Shown: positions 50,905-60,529 of the stretch, one piece after another
Numbering within the stretch: position 1 is the stretch's first letter
Layout of the letters: every line of letters begins with the position of its first letter
Origin: Bdellovibrionales bacterium
GTDB taxonomy: Bacteria; Bdellovibrionota; Bdellovibrionia; Bdellovibrionales; UBA1609
Length of the DNA stretch: 64,000 bases
Assembly: GCA_965219095.1 (NCBI GenBank)
Contig: CBDCMT010000001.1
Span: 448,001 to 512,000 of the forward strand
Direction of reading: 5' to 3'
The notes under the pieces: generated by a model
Database searches by the model: none
Seen by the model: the letters and a program-made list of their open reading frames with translations, nothing else
Told to the model about the DNA's origin: nothing
Made by a program: the position numbers and the translations under genes

Positions 50905-52605
50905 TTAAATGATCTTCTTAAGTCCCATTTTATGAATTAAAGTTTCAATCACAGTTCGAGATACAAAAATAGCTGTGAACATGGATGTAATCAAACCACA
51001 CATTAAAGTGACAGCGAAACCCCTAATAGGACCTGTTCCAAAATACATAAGTACAATACACACAGCTGCCGTTGTGACATTAGCATCAAAAATAGCTGAA
51101 AAAGCCTGAGAAAAACCATCTCGTACAGCAATAGCTTGACTGGCTCCCTTTTTCAATTCTTCTTTGATCCTTTCAAAAATGATCACATTAGCATCCACTG
51201 CCATACCCATAGTTAAAATAATACCCGCAACCCCTGGCAAAGTCAGAGTAGCACCTAAAGAAGTTAAAATAGCTAGAATCAAAATCACATTAATCGTTAA
51301 AGCCACATCCGCTATAATCCCTAACTTACGGTAATACATAAGAAGAAAAAGGAAGATCAAAATTCCTGCCACAAGCCCTGCACGTTTACCTTTCGCAATA
51401 GATACATAACCTAAAGTAGGACCTACTGTTTTTTCTTCTAAGGGTTCTAAAGGTATCGGCAAAGCACCTACTCTTAAAATCGTAGCTAAAAAATAAGCCT
51501 CATCTCTGAGTTTTTCTGGATTATCACTGCTTCCTAAGGTAATACTTCCTGTAGCTCTAATTGCTGTTTGTATGGCAGGAGCTGATATGACAACTAAGTC
51601 TAAAACAATAGCCATTTGCTTTTGGACATTCTTACTTGTAAGAGCATACATTCTACGCCCACCTTCTGCTGTGAGTTTAAAGTTAACAAGAGGCATATTG
51701 AACCGTTCAGAATCATAGCCAACCTGAGCCGATTCTAAATACTCACCCGTAATCTCAGCATAAGATTGTACAAGATAGGGAATTTTCCCCTCCTCTAATC
51801 TGTCAACTCCAGAAACTTTCCCAAACAAAATAGAATAGCCCTTAGGAAGATGACTTTTTAAATTTTTATTGATTCTTTTTACATATTTTTTATAAGTCAT
51901 AGAGTCTTTACCTAAAGAGTAAGACCCTTTTTGTTCCACTTCATTGACCATAGAAATAAGTTTTTGAGTTTCAATCTCATCTGATACTATACGAAACTCT
52001 AACAAGGCTGTGCTGTTGATAAGCTCTTTTACTCTCTCTGTATCTTTCACTCCAGGAAATTGCACCACAACACGACTATCACCTTGAGAAGAAATATTAG
52101 GCTCTGTCACACCAAACTCATCAACTCGGTTTCTGATCACTTCCACAGCTTGCTGGACAGCACGTTTTTTAAAATCATTGAGATCTAAAAACCTGTATGT
52201 CAAAGTCTGAGATGTTTCCTCAATGAGTTGAAGGGTATAAAAAATATCATACTCAGGATCTTTGACAAATTGCTTCACCCTTTTAAGATCTTCAAATGTT
52301 TTTAATATAAGTTTAAGTCGCCTTCCTTGATCTAAAACTTTTGTTTCAAAACTAGGAAACCCTTCCATCTTTGCTCTTTTTTGAAAATCTTCAGCAAAGT
52401 TGAGAGCTTTTTTCTCAATGACTCCTTGCACATCAGCCTGTAGTACTAAATGAAGTCCCCCTTGAATGTCGAGACCATAATTGATCGTTTTCTTAGAAAA
52501 CAACCATTGTTCCGGCACTTGCACAAAATTAGGAGTTATATAAACCAAAGCAATCACGAAAATGACAATAATAAAAATTACACGTTGTTTAAGAAAACCA
52601 ATCAT
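50905..52605 (-). CDS. secD: Protein translocase subunit SecD
   Basis: GLDIQGG, RVDEFGVTEP, GMAVDANVIIFERIKEE. Confidence 0.96.
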   Translation of the reverse strand: MIGFLKQRVIFIIVIFVIALVYITPNFVQVPEQWLFSKKTINYGLDIQGGLHLVLQADVQGVIEKKALNFAEDFQKRAKMEGFPSFETKVLDQGRRLKLILKTFEDLKRVKQFVKDPEYDIFYTLQLIEETSQTLTYRFLDLNDFKKRAVQQAVEVIRNRVDEFGVTEPNISSQGDSRVVVQFPGVKDTERVKELINSTALLEFRIVSDEIETQKLISMVNEVEQKGSYSLGKDSMTYKKYVKRINKNLKSHLPKGYSILFGKVSGVDRLEEGKIPYLVQSYAEITGEYLESAQVGYDSERFNMPLVNFKLTAEGGRRMYALTSKNVQKQMAIVLDLVVISAPAIQTAIRATGSITLGSSDNPEKLRDEAYFLATILRVGALPIPLEPLEEKTVGPTLGYVSIAKGKRAGLVAGILIFLFLLMYYRKLGIIADVALTINVILILAILTSLGATLTLPGVAGIILTMGMAVDANVIIFERIKEELKKGASQAIAVRDGFSQAFSAIFDANVTTAAVCIVLMYFGTGPIRGFAVTLMCGLITSMFTAIFVSRTVIETLIHKMGLKKII

Positions 52606-52967
52606 GAAGACTTCTTCTTTTTTACCATCTCTTTAGCAGGCCCCATAATCTGAGTTTTTAACATTCTTATATTAACATTTTCATCGATTCTTAAAATAAC
52701 ATACTGAGGGGTCACTCCCATAACTCTTGCAAAAATTCCACTTGTTGTGATCACCTCATCTCCCTTTTTTAACTCGTTAATGAACTTATACTGTTGCTTT
52801 GTTTTTTTTGCTTGAGGTCTTAAAACTAAAAAATAAAAGATAAAAAAGATACCCCCTATAAGAAGCATTTGATCCCAAAACATCTGTCCCTTAGAAGGAG
52901 TTTTCTCTGCCCAACAAGGAGGAGATAAAAAAAACAACATAAAACCAAAAACTTTTTCCATAACCAT
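52602..52967 (-). CDS. yajC: Preprotein translocase subunit YajC
   Basis: FYFLVLRPQ, LKKGDEVITTSG; canonical position. Confidence 0.94.
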   Translation of the reverse strand: MVMEKVFGFMLFFLSPPCWAEKTPSKGQMFWDQMLLIGGIFFIFYFLVLRPQAKKTKQQYKFINELKKGDEVITTSGIFARVMGVTPQYVILRIDENVNIRMLKTQIMGPAKEMVKKKKSS

Positions 52968-52974
52968 AATAGAG

Positions 52975-54102
52975 TTATATATTATCTTCTTTTTTAAAAC
53001 GACTCAAACATTCTTTTTTAAAAACCTCCCATCGGTTCTCTAAGATAGCTTTTCTAGCCTTTTTCATCAAGTCCAAGTAAAAATGAACGTTATGAAGGGT
53101 GTTAAGACGAGCAGCATTCCACTCTCCTGAACTAAAAAGATACCTCAAGTAGGCTTTACTAAAATGACGGCAAGTGTAACAAGAACACTCCTTATCAAGA
53201 GGACTGTCATCCTCTTTAAACTCCTTTCTTTTGATATTGATCTGCCCCTGCCAGGTGTAAAGAGTCCCATTCCTTGCCGTACGTGTAGGAATAATACAGT
53301 CAAACATGTCAATACCTTGATCAATACTATGAATTAAATCCAAAGGCTTTCCTACTCCCATAAGATAGCGAGGTTTAGAAAGAGGCATAAAGGATGTAAG
53401 TTCACTTAAAAGACTAAGCATCTTCTCTCTAGGCTCCCCCACACTCAAGCCTCCAAGAGCATAACCAGGAAGATCCATCTCAAGAGTCATTTTTAAACTC
53501 TCTTGCCTCAGATCGGAATAAAGTCCTCCTTGTACAATACCAAAAAGAAGTTGCTTTCTAGGATTTTTGAGATGCTCTTTCTGACACCTCTTAAGCCACT
53601 TTCTTGTAAGCTCTATGGATTCTTGGACTTTTTTACGGCTTGAAGGGTAAGCAAGGCACTCATCAAATGCCATAATAATATCAGCATTTAAATTTTTTTG
53701 AATTTGAATGCTTTTTTCAGGAGTCAAAAGATGAGAAGAGCCATCAATGTGGCTTTGAAAGTAAAGCCCTTCTTCTGTTACTTTGTTCCTATGAGCTAAA
53801 GAGAAAACCTGAAAACCTCCGCTGTCTGTGAGAACAGGTTTATGCCAATTCATAAATTCATGAATTCCTCCCCTTCTTTGAATCAACTCACTAGAAGGAC
53901 GCAAATGAAGGTGATAGGTGTTTGCTAACAAAACCTGAGCCTGCATATGCTCTAAATCATCAGGTAAAAGAGTTCGGACACTAGCTCTTGTTCCTACAAC
54001 CATAAACACGGGTGTAAGAATCTCTCCATGGAGGGTTCTCAAACGTCCAGCACGAGCTCTATGATCTTGATTTTCTAATACAAAATATCCTATATTTTCC
54101 AA
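52975..54102 (-). CDS. tgt: tRNA-guanine transglycosylase
   Basis: LANTYHL, TDSGGFQV, GGLSVGE, DMFDC, CSCYTC. Confidence 0.97.
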   Translation of the reverse strand: MENIGYFVLENQDHRARAGRLRTLHGEILTPVFMVVGTRASVRTLLPDDLEHMQAQVLLANTYHLHLRPSSELIQRRGGIHEFMNWHKPVLTDSGGFQVFSLAHRNKVTEEGLYFQSHIDGSSHLLTPEKSIQIQKNLNADIIMAFDECLAYPSSRKKVQESIELTRKWLKRCQKEHLKNPRKQLLFGIVQGGLYSDLRQESLKMTLEMDLPGYALGGLSVGEPREKMLSLLSELTSFMPLSKPRYLMGVGKPLDLIHSIDQGIDMFDCIIPTRTARNGTLYTWQGQINIKRKEFKEDDSPLDKECSCYTCRHFSKAYLRYLFSSGEWNAARLNTLHNVHFYLDLMKKARKAILENRWEVFKKECLSRFKKEDNI

Positions 54103-55127
54103 ATGGAAAGGTCTCCATAGCTAAATAGACGAAACCGGTTTTTAATGGCTTTTTGATAGGCTTCTTTCACTTTCTTTTTTCCTGCAAAAGCCTGTACTAA
54201 AGCCAAAAGGCTTGATTGGGGCTGATGAAAGTTTGTCATTAAAGCATTTACCATAAAAAATTGGTCCCCTGGTTTTAAAAATAAACTTGTTTTTGTTTCA
54301 TAAAAAGAACAGGGTTTTTCCTTGAAATAAGGGCTACGAGCATAAGTCTCCAAAGCACGCACAACAGTGGTTCCTAAGGCCCAAACGCAAGCTCTTCTAT
54401 CCTTTTCGTAAAGAGTTTGTAGTGTGCTTTGAGGAATCAAAACTCTCTCTTCAGGCATACGATGTTTCTGAAGGCTTGTTCTCAAAGGTAAAAAAGTTCC
54501 TAAACCCACATCAAGAGTAAGGGGTGCTAGTTTAACTTTTTTTTTGTTTTTTAAGAATTCCAGATCTTTTGTTGTAAAATGAAGACTTGCTGTAGGAGCA
54601 GCTAAACTTCCCCTCCCTAACTCTTTACATGCCCAGTCTAGCTGATACCAAAAGTGATCCTTATACTCTGAAAGATCTTTTTTTCTTCTTTTAGAAAGAT
54701 AAGGTGGTAAAGCCATTAGACCATAAGCTTCAAAATCAAAGTCTGTGATTTTATCTGTCAGTTTTATAGTTTGAGGAAGCCCCTTTTCTAAAAGCTCAGC
54801 TCTTATTAATTTATGAGTTTGAAAATGTAACACCTTTGTCTTTTTAACAGGGTAAAGAACCTGCCACAACTTTTCTCCAAGCTCTTTTACAAACACCACA
54901 TCTATATTCTCTAAAGATTTAAGCCTGCGAGGCAAAACATAGCTTTGGTTAAAAACTAAAACATCTCCTGGATCAAAAACTTCAAACACAGTTTTCTTAT
55001 TGGTTATGATCTTACTTTCTGAACTTTTACAATCTATAAAAAGGGCTTTAAAACAAGTACTAGGCTTCACAGCTATAAGCTCTTTAGGATAAAGATAATC
55101 TAAATCACAAAGGTCTGTAGTTTCCAT
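54090..55127 (-). CDS. queA: SAM:tRNA ribosyltransferase-isomerase
   Basis: LPPY, AAPTASLHF, GTTVVRALE, TNFHQP, FSYGD. Confidence 0.93.
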   Translation of the reverse strand: METTDLCDLDYLYPKELIAVKPSTCFKALFIDCKSSESKIITNKKTVFEVFDPGDVLVFNQSYVLPRRLKSLENIDVVFVKELGEKLWQVLYPVKKTKVLHFQTHKLIRAELLEKGLPQTIKLTDKITDFDFEAYGLMALPPYLSKRRKKDLSEYKDHFWYQLDWACKELGRGSLAAPTASLHFTTKDLEFLKNKKKVKLAPLTLDVGLGTFLPLRTSLQKHRMPEERVLIPQSTLQTLYEKDRRACVWALGTTVVRALETYARSPYFKEKPCSFYETKTSLFLKPGDQFFMVNALMTNFHQPQSSLLALVQAFAGKKKVKEAYQKAIKNRFRLFSYGDLSIWKI

Positions 55128-55219
55128 AACAAACTCTTAACATACACAAAGTAAGTTCAAATTAAAAGATTGCTTATAGACTTTTTTGAAAGAGGCTGTT
55201 AATTTAGAATTGTTGGCAA

Positions 55220-55307
55220 GCACCAGTGCTGGAACTGGTAGACAGGCTGGTTTGAGGGACCAGTGAGGAATTTCCTCGTGGAGGTTCAAATCCTCTCTGG
55301 TGCACCA
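55220..55307 (+). tRNA. tRNA-Leu(GAG)
   Basis: CTGGT-TTGAGGG-ACCAG arm, long variable arm, GGTTCAAATCC, CCA end. Confidence 0.95.
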
Positions 55308-55553
55308 GAAGTCAAGCTATGCGAACACTTTTTTTCAAGATTTTTAAAGGACTCTTCAAGAGTCCCTAAAAACCCTTGGCCAGCGTAGTAGTGAATCTTG
55401 ATGCTATCTAACCCCACCTCGACCTTGTAAACCAACCTCTTGATAATCTTAGCTTTTTCTTCAGATTTTGCTGATTCTTTGAAAGCATCTTTTACAAGTT
55501 TTAAGAATTTTTGATAATGAGTAAAATCCACAGGCAAATCTCCTGAAAACCCT
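55286..55553 (-). pseudogene. C-terminus of a probable large serine recombinase reading into the tRNA-Leu 3' end
   Basis: KAKIIKRLVYKVEVG...IKIHYY tail; last codons SGAPERI* are antisense to the tRNA. Confidence 0.6.
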
Positions 55554-56812
55554 CTAGTACAGCATAACATTAAATTTTAATATTTTCATAATGCCTCTTA
55601 AACTTATTTCTAGCCTTATTATTTGTAAACTGCCAATTAATTTTGATTCTGTCTTTGTTTCTCTTACGGGTCCAAGTTTCTACTTCTTTTTTTAGTTGTT
55701 CAAAACTTCCTATACGTCGGTTTAAACATTGCTTTGAAAGAGCCGAAAACTCGATTTCTGCCATATTTAACCAACTGGCCTTTTTAGGAGTATAAATCAT
55801 CTCAAGTCTATTTTTTAACTCCAAGGCCTTTTGAGCTGGCATGTTCTCATAAAAAGAAGAGCCATTGTGAGTGTTTAAATTATCTTGTATCAATGTGATC
55901 TTGTCTACGTCCTTATAATATAAGGACATTTTTCTCATGAAAAGAGCATAATCTTTCTTTGTTTTTCTCTTTCTTACCTCTACAATTCTTCTTCCACTCA
56001 ATGGCTCTATGGCTAAGAACACAACACAGGTTCCATTTCTTTTGTAATGATAATCCTCTCTTTTTTCTTTTCCAGGGCTTACAGGAACTGGCATCAAAAC
56101 ATCTTCTATCAATTGACAAGGACGCTCATCAAAACAAAGAACAGGACGATTAGAATCTAGCTTTCTTTCATAAACTTCTAAAACAGACTCCATTTGGCAA
56201 ATAAAATGAGAATCATCTTGCTTAAACACCACTGTCTTTTTAAATGAGGTTTGACTTCGTTTTTTTTAATATACGACCCACATGGGTGTGAGAAATAGAG
56301 TCTACAACATTTAACTCAACCAACTTATCAGATAGCATCTGTAAACTCCATCGACCATAACCTTCAGGAGCTTTCGTTAAACTCGTAATCTTCGTCCTTT
56401 GCTTCCCTGTAAACTTAGGAGGCTTTCCAGGACGAGGAGTCATAAATCTAATCCTCCCTTCAAGTACCCTTCTTTGATATTTTGAATAGTTCTTAAAGTT
56501 CTTCCAAGAATCTCACAAACCTCTGTGGAACCCTTCCCTTGATGGCTTAAAAGTAAAACCCTGGCTCGTGTTAAAACTCGAGACTGATTCACTCCCTTCT
56601 TCAACATCTTCTCTAATTTTGTCTTCTCTGAACTCTCTTTATCCTTACTTTTGGCTTTCTTTTTGCTTTTGGATTTGCTCTTACCTTTGTTTTTAATTTC
56701 ATCTTTGATCTCATATCCCCTCCTTGGACTTTTTATTAAACTACAACAAATATTATAGGAACAACAAAAATACAAGTCAAATATATTGAAATTTAAGGTT
56801 ATGCTGTACTAG
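55554..56812 (-). mobile_element. IS630 species A, copy 2 (many small deletions)
   Basis: CTAG-bounded; matches 4990-6272. Confidence 0.88.
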
Positions 56813-58081
56813 TACAGCATAACCTTAAATTTTAATATTTTCATAATGCCTCTTAAACTTATTTCTAGCCTTATTATTTGTAAACTGCCAAATTTTGATT
56901 CTGTTTTTGTTTCTCTTACGGGTCCAAGTTTCTACTTCTTTTTTTAGTTGTTCAAAACTTCCTATACGTCGGTTTAAACATTCTTTGAAAGAGCCGAAAA
57001 CTCGATCTCTGCCATATTTAACCAACTGGCCTTTTTAGGAGTATAAATCATCTCAAGTCTATTTTTTAACTCCAAGGCCTTTTGAGCTGGCATGTTCTCA
57101 TAAAAAGAAGAGCCATTGTGAGTGTTTAAATTATCTTGTATCATCTTGTCTACGTCCTTATAATATAAGGACATTTTTCTCATGAAAAGAGCATAATCTT
57201 TCTTTGTTTTTCTCTTTCTTACCTCTACAATTCTTCTTCCACTCAATGGCTCTATGGCTAAGAACACAACACAGGTTCCATTTCTTTTGTAATGATAATC
57301 CTCTCTTTTTTCTTTTCCAGGGCTTACAGGAACTGGCATCAAAACATCTTCTATCAATTGACAAGGACGCTCATCAAAACAAAGAACAGGACGATTAGAA
57401 TCTAGCTTTCTTTCATAAACTTCTAAAACAGACTCCATTTGGCAAATAAAATGAGAATCGATCTTGCTTAAACACCACTGTCTTTTTAAATGAGGTTTGA
57501 CTTCGTTTTTTTTAATATACGACCCACATGGGTGTGAGAAATAGAGTCTACAACATTTAACTCAACCAACTTATCAGATAGCATCTGTAAACTCCATCGA
57601 CCATAACCTTCAGGAGCTTTCGTACAAGCTAAACTCGTAATCTTCGTCCTTTGCTTCCCTGTAAACTTAGGAGGCTTTCCAGGACGAGGAGCATCATAAA
57701 GTGCTCTCCCTAATCCTCCCTTCAAGTACCCTTCTTTGATATTTTGAATAGTTCTTAAAGTTCTCACTCCAAGAATCTCACAAACCTCTGTGGAACCCTT
57801 CCCTTGATGGCTTAAAAGTAAAACCCTGGCTCGTGTTAAAACTCGAGACTGATTCACTCCCTTCTTCAACATCTTCTCTAATTTTGTCTTCTCTGAACTC
57901 TTTAACTTTATCCTTACTTTTGGCTTTCTTTTTGCTTTTGGATTTGCTCTTACCTTTGTTTTTAATTTCATCTTTGATCTCATATCCCCTCCTTGGACTT
58001 TTTATTAAACTACAACAAATATTATAGGAACAACAAAAATACAAGTCAAATATATTGAAATTTAAGGTTATGCTGTACTAG
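56809..58081 (-). mobile_element. IS630 species A, copy 3 (tandem with copy 2)
   Basis: Shares the CTAG at 56809-56812 with copy 2. Confidence 0.88.
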
Positions 58082-59140
58082 TCGAACCCACACAACTTAA
58101 TGAGACTGGTTTTGCTGGGGCATAAAGCCCCAAGCGTATTTTTTGAGGGTGAACCTCTATGAAATCAATCACATTATCATAGATTTCTTTATGCTTTTCT
58201 TTGGGAGTTTTTCTTAGATTTTCAGTAGTTACTTTGAGATTTTCAATGAGCCTCTTTTTATCTACTTCTAAGTGGCTTCTTTTTAAAAGCTCTTCTCTTA
58301 GAAATAGCTCACTTTCCATAAGTTTTTCTCGTTTTTCTTTGATTCTTCTCATTTGCTCATAAATGGGTTCTGCTGGAATGTCACGAGGGATTTCAGAAAG
58401 CCTTATGGGGAAAGGTTTTCTAGCTTCCTACCCAAAGATTTTATTTCTTTTTTTACACTTAAGAGTTGGCCTTGCACTTTAGGAGTTTCTTTAGTGCTAG
58501 ATTGTTCATAGGCTTTGATCATTTGGTTGATGATTTGTAGTTTTGTTATCTTCTCTTGAATAACATTTAAAATAATATCTTCTGTTCTCTCTGCTCTAAT
58601 TCTATGGAGACGACATTTTTTTCCTGTCTCTGTAAAAAGGCTGTTTCCTTTGGTGTGAGAGTAATAGTAATGCTTTTTATTTCTTCCTGTAGCTGACTTT
58701 CCTCCCATAAGTTTGCCACACTCTCCGCACTGAATCTTGTTCGTTAAGGGGTAAGGGTAGATTTTCCACTCATCGGGCTTATAGCGATTTTTATTTGCTT
58801 TTAATATCCCCTGAGCTTTGTTAAAAATAGATTTTGAAAGAATAGGCTTCCATACAGCTTTTACCACCTCCTTTTTTACCTCTTTTTTCTTCTTATTGAT
58901 TTCACGCTCTCCGATATAAGCTCGATTGGTTAAAAGAAGATACACAGAGGCAAGAGTAAAGGTTTTCCCTCCTTTTTCTATTCCAGCTTTATTGATGTAC
59001 TTTTTAGTGTAAATGCCTTCGCTTGTCATTTTACGGGCAGTTTTTCGAGTAGAGCCTGTTTCTAAAAAAAGCTCAAACACCCTTTCCACACTCTTTGCCT
59101 CTTCTTTATTGATAAGAAGGTTTCCTTTTTCTTTAGGCTT
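58082..59140 (-). pseudogene. Large serine recombinase fragment (recombinase domain, zinc ribbon, coiled coil); frameshift near 58410; catalytic N-terminus missing
   Basis: LINKEEAKSVERVFELF, LLTNRAYIG, WKPILS, CGECGKLM, YYY. Confidence 0.82.
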
Positions 59141-59314
59141 GGATAGGGCGGTCAGACAACCGAGTTACAAATGAACTAAGGAATAATTTACCTAGAAATT
59201 GTACCTATTTAACATTTTCAGCAGAAGTGGATATGTGAATTCTGCCTCACAAAAGCTTCACTGAAGCCAATCCTATTGTTATGATAGTGTAACTGGACTT
59301 TCGAACTGATTGAT

Positions 59315-59947
59315 TTATTGCCACTTTTTAGGGCAAGAAAAAGTCCCCGCTCTATCTTTTAGCGTTTGAGAAAATTGAGAGCTTTTGAACCCTTCTTCTG
59401 AGATTTTCCTTCTAAAGGAAGAGTATCGTTTTAATTCTGTTACAAAAGAACTAGTTGGAGTCACAAGGCCGATGGGTTTTTTCAAAACTGTTTTAATGAA
59501 TTTCAGTGGCTCTGAAAGATCTGAGTCATTTGATAGAAGAACAGGAACATCGCATTTATTTTGGAAACAATCTGCTATCATAAAGGTTGCGATATTTACA
59601 TCTGATCCTTTCTCTTCAAATTTAGAAATCTTAACTTTCTTTTTGTAGAGTGGATTATCTTTTTCTAAAAGCTGTCCATAAACAGTTCGCCTTTTGAACT
59701 GGCCAAAGTGGATTTCTACTTCTGGAATTGTTTTCAAAGCTCTCAAATACATGTGTTGTCTTGACTCAATACTTGGATCATCTGGTTGATCAATAACTCT
59801 TGCTGTAAAATATCTTATTTTTGAAATATGGCAATCTTGAAAACTAAAAGATTTGATTAGTGACTTGAGGTTTAACCATTTGTAAGGTGTCTTTTTTAAC
59901 CGGAAATAAAGATTAAATCCGTCCACATAGACAATATACTTTTTCAA
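59315..59947 (-). CDS. NYN-domain (PIN-fold, LabA/DUF88-like) ribonuclease
   Basis: VYVDGFNLY, YFTA, EEKGSDVNIA, SNDSDL. True start is likely TTG 59947 with GAGGG upstream; the track start at 60007 lies inside the hairpins. Confidence 0.88.
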   Translation of the reverse strand: MKKYIVYVDGFNLYFRLKKTPYKWLNLKSLIKSFSFQDCHISKIRYFTARVIDQPDDPSIESRQHMYLRALKTIPEVEIHFGQFKRRTVYGQLLEKDNPLYKKKVKISKFEEKGSDVNIATFMIADCFQNKCDVPVLLSNDSDLSEPLKFIKTVLKKPIGLVTPTSSFVTELKRYSSFRRKISEEGFKSSQFSQTLKDRAGTFSCPKKWQ

Positions 59948-59962
59948 AAATATGTCCCTCTT

Positions 59963-60027
59963 TAAAAAGCAAAAGCCACTACAGAGAGTGGCCCGCACCC
60001 ACACCACCGAAGCTATGTGGGGGAATT
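59963..60027 (-). ncRNA. Putative structured leader / small RNA upstream of the NYN gene
   Basis: Hairpin CCCACA...C(UUCG)G...UGUGGG, then GCCACU-6nt-AGUGGC followed by UUUUGCUUUUU. Confidence 0.6.
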
Positions 60028-60033
60028 ACGTTT

Positions 60034-60062
60034 ATTATGAGTCATATTGAACGAAAAATCAA
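60034..60062 (-). promoter_or_regulatory. Sigma70-like promoter for the RNA-NYN unit
   Basis: TTGATT (60062-60057), 17 nt, CATAAT (60039-60034). Confidence 0.55.
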
Positions 60063-60337
60063 GCAGAAGTATTATCAAGCTAACGTCTTATAATTGCTTG
60101 AGAAATCCTTGTCGCCTTGAGGCTATGATTTCTGGGCATTCTGCCTTACAAAAGCCTCACTAGCCCCAATCCTATCGGCTATAGCTTGGAAGCTACCAAA
60201 TTTTTGTAACAGATCTTGTAACTCATCAGGACAAAGAATCTTTGGATTTGCTCATGCTTCAAACTCAACAGAAAGCTTCATGGTGGCTTGCTAGCAAAAT
60301 CTGCTTTGCCTACCTCACTCTCACCTGCACCAAGCTG

Positions 60338-60480
60338 AACGCTGGTCAAAAACCTATGGAAACTTTCCTTGACGAAAAACAAAAAGTAAGGCAAAAGATG
60401 ACTGAACAGCACGCAAACTGACAGACAGTTTTTTATCAACCCAGAAAGGGTAACTGTCAGATCAAGTCGCAACTATTACA
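60338..60480 (+). mobile_element. IS481-family 3' remnant
   Basis: GQKPMETFLD...* followed by TGTCAGATCAAGTCGCAACTATTACA; matching left-end sequence TGTGATAGTTGCGAC at 63655. Confidence 0.65.
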
Positions 60481-60529
60481 GATAAGGGTAACTGTCAGGT
60501 CATATAATCATATAACGTCTATCACACCT

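Noticed and set aside
59948..60007. N-terminal extension MVWVRATLCSGF of the NYN ORF
   Set aside because: It runs through the hairpins; the domain starts at KKYIVYVDG with an RBS before TTG 59947.
60278..60472. 64-aa minus-strand ORF
   Set aside because: Antisense to an IS481 3' remnant.
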